Of a stretch of 64,000 bases of DNA, positions 19,304 through 28,853 are shown piece by piece; the stretch's first letter is position 1; every line of letters starts with the position of its first letter. The DNA lies in assembly GCA_963665235.2 (NCBI GenBank), contig CAXXLX010000001.1, forward strand, positions 2,272,001 to 2,336,000. Reading direction: 5' to 3'. The notes beneath the pieces were generated by a model. The model had not been told where the DNA came from. It ran no database searches and saw nothing but the letters and a program-made list of their open reading frames with translations. The translations under genes and the position numbers were made by a program. The stretch comes from Candidatus Poribacteria bacterium (lineage in GTDB: Bacteria; Poribacteria; WGA-4E; WGA-3G).

Positions 19304-20677
19304 TCAAAGAGGTTTGCCTATCATCGATTTTGGGATGTCAATACCGAATTCCTTCAGGACTGTCGGAGCGATGTCGTATAAACTTTTTGGCGGGAGATGT
19401 CCGTGTGTGTGTCCGTGTCCTTTTATAATAAAGAGGCCCATCTCCGCATGGTTGCAATCGTCCGGCCCGGTGTCATTTTCGTAGGTATAGATGCTACTGT
19501 ATCCAACACTGCCCACCGAACGCCAAAAGAGATTACCGAAGTAAACAATGAGGTCCGGAGCGATATTTCTGCATTCTCGATAAACTGCTTCAGGTTTAAA
19601 CACACGTGTGCCGATGTTATGTCCCGCTTCATCCGATATTGCTTCAAGCTGCGCCTTCAATTCGTCTCGAACCTTTTCATAGTCCTGCCTATTGACAGTG
19701 CCGTGTGGTTCTCTACCTGCCACATTTATAAAGATTCGTGCGTAATATCCCCCCTCTCCCCACGCTTTTGTCCGATGCCAGTCTACCATATCCGCTGTCC
19801 AGGGGGTAATTGTTTGCGGTTGTGTTTTAAGTGTCAAATAGCCGTGCTTTTGCAGCCACTCGTTGACACAGATACCGCCATCCATCCGTTTTGCACCGTG
19901 GTCAGAGACGACCAGGACGGTAGTATCTTCAGGCACAGCGGCTAACGTTTCGCCGAGTTCTGCATCAAGTGCGCGATAATAGTCTTGCATTGTGTCAGCA
20001 AAAGGTGAATTCGGTTCATGTTTCCGATGCGTTTTATCCCAAAACCGCCAGAACGCGTGATGAAGTCGGTCTGGTCCCATTTCAACCATCGCAAAGAGGT
20101 GCCAATCCTTTGTTTTAAGGAGATGGCGGGCCACTTTGAAACGTGCGGCTGTCATTTTATGGAGTTCTCGTGCCAATTCAGTCCGTCGGTCTGTTCGAAA
20201 ATTCGGAATATCGATTTGGTAGTCGCTTGCGACCTGTTCTATTTCTCGCGCGAGCCGCCGTGGAAATGTCCACTGCACATCGCGACTCGGAGTCAGAAAA
20301 CTGCTTACCATCCATCCAGGAAACGGCTTGGGGGGATAAGTCAAGGGCACCCCCAAAACGACCGATTTTTTGTTTGCGTGGCCTAGAAGTTCCCATAACG
20401 TTGGCACTGACACCGTGTGTGCGTTAGCAATAGTCAATGCATCGTAGGCATAATCCGAGCGGTTCCGGAATCCGTAAATGCCGAGTTCACCTGGGTCCCG
20501 GCTCGTCATCATGCACATCCATGCTGGGACGGTGATAGGCGGAATAGTGCTTTCGAGGAGCCCATAGCTGCCCGCTGCCATCAAACGTTGTGTGTTAGGC
20601 ATATCCGCTTTGAATGCGTCAAACACAAGTTCAGGAGCGGCACAGTCCCACCCAATAATCAAAACTCGTTTCTTCAT
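19304..20677 (-). CDS. Alkaline phosphatase superfamily / type I phosphodiesterase-nucleotide pyrophosphatase
   Basis: IIGWDCA, STIPPITVPAW, VVSDHG, DIAPTVL motifs. Confidence 0.85.
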   Translation of the reverse strand: MKKRVLIIGWDCAAPELVFDAFKADMPNTQRLMAAGSYGLLESTIPPITVPAWMCMMTSRDPGELGIYGFRNRSDYAYDALTIANAHTVSVPTLWELLGHANKKSVVLGVPLTYPPKPFPGWMVSSFLTPSRDVQWTFPRRLAREIEQVASDYQIDIPNFRTDRRTELARELHKMTAARFKVARHLLKTKDWHLFAMVEMGPDRLHHAFWRFWDKTHRKHEPNSPFADTMQDYYRALDAELGETLAAVPEDTTVLVVSDHGAKRMDGGICVNEWLQKHGYLTLKTQPQTITPWTADMVDWHRTKAWGEGGYYARIFINVAGREPHGTVNRQDYEKVRDELKAQLEAISDEAGHNIGTRVFKPEAVYRECRNIAPDLIVYFGNLFWRSVGSVGYSSIYTYENDTGPDDCNHAEMGLFIIKGHGHTHGHLPPKSLYDIAPTVLKEFGIDIPKSMIGKPL

Positions 20678-20689
20678 TGCTCAAATCCG

Positions 20690-22042
20690 CTATGCCCATC
20701 GTGGGTTTCTGCCGCCGAATCGCTGCTCACTAATGTTCCACAGTTCCGATAAACCGAGTTGCCGAATGTGTTCTAAGCCCGGCAGGAACGGGTCATTTAC
20801 ACGGGTTAACCATCGTTGAAGTTCCGCTTCTAATTCTGTTCTGAGTGCTTGTGAATTTTGAGCATCAATCAGGTTGTTACGCTGATACGGGTCATTTTCA
20901 TTATCGTAAAGGAGCCACCCTGTTTGGTCATAGTGACGTGCGTAGGTATAGCGGTGCGTTCGGATGCCGCGCCATTCGCGAATACCTGCATTGAAACCCT
21001 CGCTCCCGTGGAGTTGTATGCCAAATAGGATTGACTGTGGTTCATCAATCGGTTTTCCGAGCATCGCCTCCGAAAGGTCAATACCTTCTACACCCTCCGG
21101 AATCGGCAAACCGCACAACGCTAGCATGGAGGGCATGAAATCGACGAGGCTTAGCAAGGTGTCACGGGTAACACCTGCTGGAATCTGGCTCGGCCAGCGA
21201 ATGATGAACGGAATGCGACTCGATTCGTCCCAAGGACGTTCTTTTCTGACGTGCCCGTGGCTGCCAAGCATATCCCCATGGTCGGAGGTGTAGACGAGGA
21301 TGGTGTCTTCAGCGATACCGAGTTCGTCAAGAGCGGTCATCAACCGGCCCAGATTTTCATCCAACGCGGTAATATGCGCGTAGTAGCCGGAGAGGTCTCT
21401 CCGTGTGGCTGGCGTATTTGTAGCGTTCGGCCGGAGTTGAATCTCTTCAGGGGGGTACATCGCTTTGTAACGTTCAGGCACGTGCTCGTAAGGGTTATGT
21501 GGGGGCCCCCAGCTCATATAGAGACAGAAGGGTTCATCCGCATGGTCTCGGCAGTATTGAATGGCTTTATCGGTTTGAAAATCCGGTTCGTAGCCCTCAA
21601 TCTGCATCCGATTTCCGGTGCTGTCATGGTAGGGAGCATTGAAATAGTTGTGGTGGCAATTCCAACCGAGCCACTCCTCAAAACCGAACCGCATCTCCGG
21701 GCTAATAAACTTATCTCTCGGCATGCCGCCGAGGTGCCATTTGCCGATATAACCTGTCGCATATCCCGCTGCTCTGAAAACTTCCGCGATACCCGTTTCA
21801 GATAACGGTAACGGCAGGTCATTGGAGACAGCTTTGTGGCTTAAGGGATATTTACCTGTCATAAGGCAACCGCGTGCAGGCACACACAGCGGCACATTGG
21901 TGAAGGTATTCGGGAAGAACATTCCCTCTTGGGCAAGGGTATCCATAGCAGGTGTTTGCACCTGTGGATTCCCCGCACACGCCACATCACATTGGCGATG
22001 TTGGTCGCCAAAAACAAAGATTAAATTCGGTTTACGTTCCAT
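20690..22042 (-). CDS. Sulfatase (formylglycine-dependent)
   Basis: KPNLIFVFGDQ, CVPARG (CxPxR), GKWHLG, YTSDHG. Start at MERKPN. Confidence 0.92.
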   Translation of the reverse strand: MERKPNLIFVFGDQHRQCDVACAGNPQVQTPAMDTLAQEGMFFPNTFTNVPLCVPARGCLMTGKYPLSHKAVSNDLPLPLSETGIAEVFRAAGYATGYIGKWHLGGMPRDKFISPEMRFGFEEWLGWNCHHNYFNAPYHDSTGNRMQIEGYEPDFQTDKAIQYCRDHADEPFCLYMSWGPPHNPYEHVPERYKAMYPPEEIQLRPNATNTPATRRDLSGYYAHITALDENLGRLMTALDELGIAEDTILVYTSDHGDMLGSHGHVRKERPWDESSRIPFIIRWPSQIPAGVTRDTLLSLVDFMPSMLALCGLPIPEGVEGIDLSEAMLGKPIDEPQSILFGIQLHGSEGFNAGIREWRGIRTHRYTYARHYDQTGWLLYDNENDPYQRNNLIDAQNSQALRTELEAELQRWLTRVNDPFLPGLEHIRQLGLSELWNISEQRFGGRNPRWA

Positions 22043-22093
22043 TTTTTTTACCGCCCTTATCAAGGAGGGAATTGCGTAAGTCCTGGCAAACAA

Positions 22094-22285
22094 TTAATTT
22101 GGGGGTTTGGGTGCTTCTGGTGTAACAACTGGTCTATTGTCAGGCTTAGTCTCTGGTTGAATTGGCTTAGGTTCAACAGGAGTTACAGGCCTAACTTTAG
22201 CCGGTGGTTTAGGACCTGTCCATGGCTTCCAATGTTCAGTCTTTTTCTGCTTAGCAGACCGATTTTGACTATTTTTGCGTGCCAT
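22094..22285 (-). CDS. Small basic proline-rich hypothetical protein
   Basis: Strong AAGGAGGTGA RBS before ATG 22285; 63 codons, K/P-rich. Confidence 0.5.
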   Translation of the reverse strand: MARKNSQNRSAKQKKTEHWKPWTGPKPPAKVRPVTPVEPKPIQPETKPDNRPVVTPEAPKPPN

Positions 22286-22290
22286 TTTAT

Positions 22291-22899
22291 TCACCTCCTT
22301 TTACCAGACGCTTCAGGAAATGTGACGCGCCCATATATTTCCTGCAACGGTAATTCGCACTGAAGAGAAGTCAGCGGAAGTTGCTGCTCAAGTCCTTGAA
22401 AGAAAGTGTAACTCCATTCACCACGCTTTCGCAGAAAACGTTCAACGTTCACACTATCTTGTGAAACAAGGATATATTCTTTCAAGGAATCGACTTGTCG
22501 GTAGCGCGAGAACTTTTCACCTCTGTCATAGCCCTCGGTACTCGGAGAGAGGACCTCTACGGTAACAATCGGGTTCAGGAGTGTGTCAAAAACATTGTCT
22601 TCGAAACGCGGTTCATCACAAACGACCCCTACATCAGGGTAAAAGTAGGATTCTGCTGAAGGGATACCGACACGCATTTCATTCGCAAAAACGACACAAC
22701 TGCTTTCTATCAAGCGATTGTGAAGTTGAACGAAGATGTTCCCTTTAATAAGATTATGTGTAAAACTGGCACCGGACATAGCGATAATTTTACCTTGGAT
22801 GTATTCGTTTCTGACTGTGTTCGCGTCAGGTTTTGCTTTACGTTCCGAAGTGATGTATTCTTCTGGGCTAAGGTATGTTTGGGCAGCACTTATCGCCAT
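22291..22899 (-). CDS. Uma2 (DUF820) family endonuclease
   Basis: YPDVGVVC, VEVLSPSTEGYDRGEKF, LKEYILVSQD. Confidence 0.9.
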   Translation of the reverse strand: MAISAAQTYLSPEEYITSERKAKPDANTVRNEYIQGKIIAMSGASFTHNLIKGNIFVQLHNRLIESSCVVFANEMRVGIPSAESYFYPDVGVVCDEPRFEDNVFDTLLNPIVTVEVLSPSTEGYDRGEKFSRYRQVDSLKEYILVSQDSVNVERFLRKRGEWSYTFFQGLEQQLPLTSLQCELPLQEIYGRVTFPEASGKRR

Positions 22900-23052
22900 G
22901 ATTTCCTCCGCGTTTTAAATTATATCACATGCCAAAAACTTGGTCAAATCAAAATTAACTGAATTCTAGTAGGTCATTAAACACATCCACAACACAAGCA
23001 CAAATGACAGAGGCTGAAGTGATGACAACTGCGATTATTGCATGTCCGGATG

Positions 23053-24081
23053 CTAACGGCTATTCTGCATCCATGTATAGACTTTGCGGAGCATGCTCTC
23101 ACTCTTAGCCCATAAAGCCCTTTTTATAGGCAACACGACCTTTGTATAGCTACAGAAGTCGGTTCGCTCAGCGCGATACTGCTCCTTGTGTGCAATTAAC
23201 CCGCTGCTTTCCGGGGGCGACGCACCAAAATCCACCCATGCATACCCAGCCTGACATGCCCAGGTGATAATATGGTGAAAAATTGCGTTATTGGGGCGAT
23301 ATTGCAAAAACTCAGGCACAGATGCTTCACACCACAGCGTCACAGTCCGATTAAAGTGTAGATACAGCAGCCCAGCGATAATTGTGTCTTGGTATGTAGC
23401 AACGGCAAGCTTAGCGACATTACGTTGCAAAAGAGTATCCATAAGCGTGCGCGGTTTCGGGGTGCCCCCTAACCGCTTTACTGTCGTTAGATACATGTTG
23501 TAAAATGTGGATACTGCTGCGATATCCGTGGTATCCGTGACAACCACACCCGATTTTTCTGCCTTCCGGACTGCCCCTCGCACCCGTTTATTATAGGCGT
23601 GCCAGAGGGACTTGACATCTCCGTGCGTTTCTAGAAGATGCGTAAAATGCGTTGTCTCTTTATAACCCGCTGCTGTGAAAATATTGCCGTACCGCACACT
23701 ATTCTGAGGGGAGAGCGTCCAACGAAGTTCACACCAGCCTTTCTCCGCCGCTTTAGTTTGTAGATACGTTTCAAGGGTAGCCATCAATTCTGCGACATCT
23801 GCCTGCACCGATGCAATAAGGTGCGGCCCCCCGAACAAATTCCACGGCATTGAATGCCACAAGCGGATGCCCGGTATCGGTTGAAACACGAAGGCAGGCA
23901 AACCGCCAATTATCACATCACCCTGTTTAATAAGGAGATACATAGGGTCAAGCTGCCTGAAAGAATTGGCAAGCGCGTCCCGCCAAGCAAGCCCTTGAAA
24001 GGCGACGCTATGCGGGCACTGCTGGATGAGCGCATTCCATCTGTCCTGATTCTGGGGGGTAAGCGGTTCTAGTGTATACAC
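23053..24081 (-). CDS. GNAT / FemAB-like N-acyltransferase
   Basis: KRVRGAVRKAEKSGV, PNNAIF...W, DFGAS...GLIAHK pattern. Confidence 0.78.
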   Translation of the reverse strand: MYTLEPLTPQNQDRWNALIQQCPHSVAFQGLAWRDALANSFRQLDPMYLLIKQGDVIIGGLPAFVFQPIPGIRLWHSMPWNLFGGPHLIASVQADVAELMATLETYLQTKAAEKGWCELRWTLSPQNSVRYGNIFTAAGYKETTHFTHLLETHGDVKSLWHAYNKRVRGAVRKAEKSGVVVTDTTDIAAVSTFYNMYLTTVKRLGGTPKPRTLMDTLLQRNVAKLAVATYQDTIIAGLLYLHFNRTVTLWCEASVPEFLQYRPNNAIFHHIITWACQAGYAWVDFGASPPESSGLIAHKEQYRAERTDFCSYTKVVLPIKRALWAKSESMLRKVYTWMQNSR

Positions 24082-24091
24082 GGATATTGTT

Positions 24092-24841
24092 TTAAGGAAT
24101 CAGGATACGGCCCCCACTAGCAATTACGGTGGCACCTGTCATATAACTCGATTCTTCGCTTAGGAGGAATGCTATCACGTTCGCCATCTCTTCCGGTTCA
24201 CCGAGCCTGCCAAGTGGGGTTGTCTCTTGCAGCTGTGCCACCATCTCCGGGGAGACCTCACGCAACATATCTGTCGCAATTGCCCCGGGGGCAACCGAAT
24301 TGATGCGAATATTGTGTTGTGCAAGCGGCCCACAGCACGATTTCGTCAGCGAGATAACACCCGCTTTCGCCACCGCATAGGGCAACTGGTTGGGACGGAC
24401 TGCTAATGCAGCAATTGACGAAACATTCACAATACGACCAAACCGCTGCGCTATCATACCCGGCTTCACTGCCCACAGGACATTGAAGGGGCCAGTCAGG
24501 TTAATAGCGATGATTCTGTCCCAATGTTCAGGGGGCAGCACTTCAAACGGCATATCACCGACATCCCCAGCATTGTTCACTAACAATTCAATTGTGCCGA
24601 GTGCTTCTGCTGCCGCTGCGACCATGCTGTTGACCGCCTCTCTGTCGGCTATATCGGCTTGCACAGGTATCGCTTTCTGCCCTAAGGCAGCAATCTCTTC
24701 ACAGACCGCTTCCGCTTTTGCAGCCGAGCGAGAATAGTGTACAGCAACAGTTGCACCTTCACTGGCAAGTTTGAGAGCGGTTGCCTTTCCGATACCGCGG
24801 CTTCCGCCGGTTACCAACGCAACCCTTCCCTGAAATTTCAT
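24092..24841 (-). CDS. SDR family oxidoreductase (FabG-like)
   Basis: TGGSRGIG, NNAG, YxxxK, RINSVAPG. Confidence 0.92.
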   Translation of the reverse strand: MKFQGRVALVTGGSRGIGKATALKLASEGATVAVHYSRSAAKAEAVCEEIAALGQKAIPVQADIADREAVNSMVAAAAEALGTIELLVNNAGDVGDMPFEVLPPEHWDRIIAINLTGPFNVLWAVKPGMIAQRFGRIVNVSSIAALAVRPNQLPYAVAKAGVISLTKSCCGPLAQHNIRINSVAPGAIATDMLREVSPEMVAQLQETTPLGRLGEPEEMANVIAFLLSEESSYMTGATVIASGGRILIP

Positions 24842-24859
24842 TTTTTCTCCTCAGTGGTT

Positions 24860-25237
24860 TTACGTCGTTGTGAATTCTCGATGCAAATGTCCACTGCGTG
24901 CATCGGCATCACGCACGCTTATCCACTGCACTCCTTTAACAGTAGCATCAGGGATATGTCCATGTTCAACGCCTTTGGGGGTGACAACCAAATCACCTGC
25001 CCCGACGCGATAAGATTCGGAGTGTCCATCAGCTGTTCGGAGTGTCACCGTTGTTGCGCCCTCCGTGAAGTACCAATATTCGTCGTAATCGTGATAGTGA
25101 AGTTCCGTGGGATGTGCTCTGGACACAACAAAAGGGGCGATTGTCGTCATATCCGGCGTATCAAGCACTTTTCCGAGCGTGTCGCCAACGCGTTCTCCCG
25201 CACCGAGTCGAACGATACAAAGATTCGTATCCATCAA
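24860..25237 (-). CDS. Cupin domain protein
   Basis: HYHDYDEYW...GDLVVTPKGVEH cupin motifs. Confidence 0.85.
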   Translation of the reverse strand: MMDTNLCIVRLGAGERVGDTLGKVLDTPDMTTIAPFVVSRAHPTELHYHDYDEYWYFTEGATTVTLRTADGHSESYRVGAGDLVVTPKGVEHGHIPDATVKGVQWISVRDADARSGHLHREFTTT

Positions 25238-25995
25238 ATAACTCCGATGTCTTTCAGGTGTTGAAGCGAATCAGCCACGCGCGCCTTAACCCCATCTTCA
25301 TCAAGGTTTTCCCCCTCGATACCCTCCAATTCCATCGTGAAGGGACCGTAAAAACCGGCATCGTTCAATGTTTGAAATACCGCTTTGTAATCAACGACAC
25401 CTTCTCCGAGGGTTGGAAAATGCCACGTCCGATACCCCCCGTTCGTGTCCTTGAGATGAACCGCTCCGACGTACCCAACAATCTTTTGAACTTCCGTGAC
25501 AGCCGTCACGTTATGGTTATAGAAATAGACGTTGCCGGTATCGAAATTGACGCGTATATTTGGATGGTCAACCGCTTTCATCGTCTCAAGAGCAATATCG
25601 CCGTTGTGTACTATATCAGGGTGAGTCTCCAGACACACTTTAATATCGAAGGGGGCAGCGTTCTCCCCAATAGCGCGGAGTCGGTCATATACCACTTTCC
25701 GGTCCGTATCGCCTGCATGAACGCTAACAAAGATAATTTTTACGTCCATCTGATTCGCAATTTCCAACGTTGGTTGGAAGTCCGCCACAACCGTATCTGA
25801 TTGAACATCGCAACTGCCTAATAAACTGGTAGCGGTGAGGCCGTGTGAGTCCAATTCTGAGAGGACCGTCCCAATCGATTCAGCAGCGGGCACCCTGATT
25901 TCCACGTTGGTCAATCCGATTTCTGCTAAGTGCGCGTAAGCACTCCCGCCAAACTGCCGATAACTTCCGAGGTTACATGCAATAATATTTTCCAT
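25234..25995 (-). CDS. Sugar phosphate isomerase/epimerase (TIM barrel)
   Basis: LETH, NFDTGN, VHLKD, GEGVVD, TMELE. Confidence 0.88.
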   Translation of the reverse strand: MENIIACNLGSYRQFGGSAYAHLAEIGLTNVEIRVPAAESIGTVLSELDSHGLTATSLLGSCDVQSDTVVADFQPTLEIANQMDVKIIFVSVHAGDTDRKVVYDRLRAIGENAAPFDIKVCLETHPDIVHNGDIALETMKAVDHPNIRVNFDTGNVYFYNHNVTAVTEVQKIVGYVGAVHLKDTNGGYRTWHFPTLGEGVVDYKAVFQTLNDAGFYGPFTMELEGIEGENLDEDGVKARVADSLQHLKDIGVI

Positions 25996-26040
25996 ATTTA
26001 AACTCCTATAAATTGATTGAATATGTTCAGAGGTTCACGT

Positions 26041-27045
26041 CTACGGAATTTTCCGGAGGAACGTGTTGCTCAACAAAATTTCTAGGCCTAACAGAAGTGC
26101 GGCCGGTAAGAGTAAATAGGCTGCTAACTCTTTGTAGTCAACAGCACTGATATTTTTAAATTGTGTTTTCTCAAATTGGTCAATTTCGGTATAGATGCGC
26201 GTCAGCGATTCCGTGTCAGTGGCGCGAAAATAACGCGCGCCTGTGATATTAGCAATCTCCTTGAGCGTGTCTTCGTCAAGATATGTTAAAACCTTACGAT
26301 ACCGTTTACCGAATGTGGTATCTTCATAAGGAATAAGGGCGCCCCCCTCTTTTCCCATACCGATAGTGTAAACCTTTATCCCGAAAGAGTGTGCTATTGT
26401 TGCCGCGGTACTCGGCGCAATTGTCCCGGCGTTGTTTTCGCCATCTGTTAAAAGTATGACGATTTTGGTTTTCGCTTCGGATACACGTAACCGATGAATA
26501 GACGTTGCGATTGCATCACCGATAGCAGTCCCATCTGCCAGCTGCCCATTCATTGAAACGTCCACATCGCGAAGCGACTCACGCAACACAGGGTAGTCTA
26601 GTGTAAGCGGACAGAGCGTGAAACTTTCACCGGAGAAAACAACTAAACCCACCCTGTCGTTTTCTCTATGCATGAGAAAATTGTTGATGACCGATTTAGC
26701 GGTTTGGAACCGGTTGGCATCCTTAAAATCCTCTGCCCGCATACTTTCAGAAATGTCTAGGGCTAACAAAATGTCAATTCCTTCAACAAACCGCTGTTCT
26801 CGACTTTGAGAGAGTTGCGGACGGGCAAGCGTGAAGATGAGAAGACCTATCACAATATATCTCAGGACTTTAAGTAGCGGCAATGCTCTGACAGAAAGTG
26901 TACGCGGAATCTGCCGAATCCCCCGAAGGTCCGAAAACCGAATGATTGGCACAACTGCCCGTTTGCGAAGCCACCAAAAATACCCAATTAACAATGGCAG
27001 AACAATTAACAAACTGAGAAAAATAGGGGATTTTAACGTCATCAT
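26041..27045 (-). CDS. VWA-domain membrane protein (BatA-like)
   Basis: LARPQ, DISESM MIDAS motif, GTAIGDA, ILLTDGENN. Start coupled to the upstream stop (TAATG). Confidence 0.88.
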   Translation of the reverse strand: MMTLKSPIFLSLLIVLPLLIGYFWWLRKRAVVPIIRFSDLRGIRQIPRTLSVRALPLLKVLRYIVIGLLIFTLARPQLSQSREQRFVEGIDILLALDISESMRAEDFKDANRFQTAKSVINNFLMHRENDRVGLVVFSGESFTLCPLTLDYPVLRESLRDVDVSMNGQLADGTAIGDAIATSIHRLRVSEAKTKIVILLTDGENNAGTIAPSTAATIAHSFGIKVYTIGMGKEGGALIPYEDTTFGKRYRKVLTYLDEDTLKEIANITGARYFRATDTESLTRIYTEIDQFEKTQFKNISAVDYKELAAYLLLPAALLLGLEILLSNTFLRKIP

Positions 27046-28112
27046 TAGAGCCCCCTTTCGGACCGATATACGTTCCTGTCTTTGTCTCGACTCACGCTCA
27101 GTAAACAGAGCCCTATACCGATAACGTGAAAGATAAGAAATGTTATCCAATCGATATACGGGACCTCGGTAGCCATGAAATAGAAAATATAACCGAAAAT
27201 CACGGCAAGCGGTTTCAATCTGCCAGCGAGCAGCGTACTGCCGAGTGTCAGAAAAATTGCAGCTTTTCCAAACAGTGCTAATGGCAACAGCAGACAGAGA
27301 CCCAACAACAGAGACGGAATGCCAACAATGGAAAAGGTTAATCCAACGCAGAGGAGGACTATCGCAACTAATATTAGGATACTAAACAGCACACTGCCAA
27401 TTGGCCTTTGTGTCAACACCGTGCTCATCGCGTTTATCGGTTTAGGAAAAATCACAACTATCAGTAGATAGGTCAACAGAAAAAGCACAAACTTTGCGAT
27501 AGTCAAGCGGACATTGTCCTGTTTGCTGATACCCCAAACGGTGTGTGGAGACATGAGAAGCTTTGCTGCTGCGGGTACCATATCCCACCGCTCACTCAAC
27601 CGAATATCTTTTGTGGCTGCGAGATTCCCAGTTATCTGTCCCCCGATAACTTGGAGCATTCCGTTCACTTGTGCGCCTTGTCCAATTTCAACATCCCCCC
27701 CAATTATTAATACATTCCCAGTGATTTTTCCGTGCAGTGTCGCGTTGCCAGCAATTATGACAAGCATTGTTATGCTCTCATCTGCCTTGAGGTGATAATC
27801 GTTAACAATTTTTAGAATTCGCTGTTTTCCTGTCCATTGTATCTGTGGAGACGCGGGAACGTCGGGTGTGTTTTCGGCTGCCAGTTCCGCCGAAGTGGGG
27901 TCCGAATCCTGTTCGCCCGGGTCTACAACCTCTGCTTGCGTTGATGGCGACGCACCCTCAGTATCCTGTTCATCTCTCTCCATAACCTGTTCATCTTGCG
28001 TGGGTGGCGAAACAGGCTCGGTTTGTTGTTCTTGTTGTGCTAACTGTCCAAATAACGCGGGGGCACCAAATACGAAAATTATTATGAGAAAAATAAGTCC
28101 TATGTGTTTCAT
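27045..28112 (-). CDS. Membrane protein with polymer-forming (bactofilin-like) beta-helix region
   Basis: Signal peptide, acidic linker, GNVLIIGGDV...VNG..VIGG repeats, then several TM helices. Confidence 0.65.
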   Translation of the reverse strand: MKHIGLIFLIIIFVFGAPALFGQLAQQEQQTEPVSPPTQDEQVMERDEQDTEGASPSTQAEVVDPGEQDSDPTSAELAAENTPDVPASPQIQWTGKQRILKIVNDYHLKADESITMLVIIAGNATLHGKITGNVLIIGGDVEIGQGAQVNGMLQVIGGQITGNLAATKDIRLSERWDMVPAAAKLLMSPHTVWGISKQDNVRLTIAKFVLFLLTYLLIVVIFPKPINAMSTVLTQRPIGSVLFSILILVAIVLLCVGLTFSIVGIPSLLLGLCLLLPLALFGKAAIFLTLGSTLLAGRLKPLAVIFGYIFYFMATEVPYIDWITFLIFHVIGIGLCLLSVSRDKDRNVYRSERGL

Positions 28113-28265
28113 GTTGAATAAATATACAAAAGAAAAGCATCCTCATCGTTTTTAATAGTATAAATGGAAAAACTTTTGATGTCAACTCTTTTTTGATATG
28201 AATTTTTTTTCTTGACATATCCCCTAACATTCTGATATGATATAGATATAGCACATTTTGGAGGT

Positions 28266-28832
28266 GTGATAATGATATTCAACTTTGATAAAACGGACGA
28301 CTTTAATGAGGAAGAACTAGCCCCTTCCCCGAATGAGGCGGAGGAAGACGAATCCTCCGAAGCGGACGCGCCTGTGGATATTCCGCTCGAGCTTGACGAT
28401 AGAGACGACGCGGTGAATGAAAGCGACATCGCTTACGACCCCGAAAACGAACCTCAAGACGAAAACGAGGTGGACGCTGAACCTGAACCGCCACCGCTTA
28501 TTGAGATTGCCCCCTTCAATCCACAGGAGATAAACAACTTCGCTTACACAGAAGCATCCAATGCATTCTATGAAGAGAAAAATTATGAACGGGCAATTGA
28601 GAAATTTGACGAAGCACTCAACAGTGAGCAACAACGCAGAGCCGCCGGCGAACCCAAGGATGCCGACATTATAGCAAAATCGCTGTACTGGAAGGCGGAA
28701 GCTTGTGTCAAAACACAAGACATTCCCAAAGCTCTCGGAATTCTTAAAGACCTTATTGAAACCTGCAAGGGCCATTACCTCACGGTAGCAGCACAACGCC
28801 GGGTAGAACAATTAAAGGCGAAACACTCTTAA
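28266..28832 (+). CDS. TPR protein with acidic N-terminus
   Basis: D/E-rich N-terminal half; C-terminal TPR helices (YERAIEKF, SLYWKAEA). GGAGG RBS. Confidence 0.75.
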   Translation: MIMIFNFDKTDDFNEEELAPSPNEAEEDESSEADAPVDIPLELDDRDDAVNESDIAYDPENEPQDENEVDAEPEPPPLIEIAPFNPQEINNFAYTEASNAFYEEKNYERAIEKFDEALNSEQQRRAAGEPKDADIIAKSLYWKAEACVKTQDIPKALGILKDLIETCKGHYLTVAAQRRVEQLKAKHS

Positions 28833-28853
28833 GAGAAAGGATAAACGAAATTC

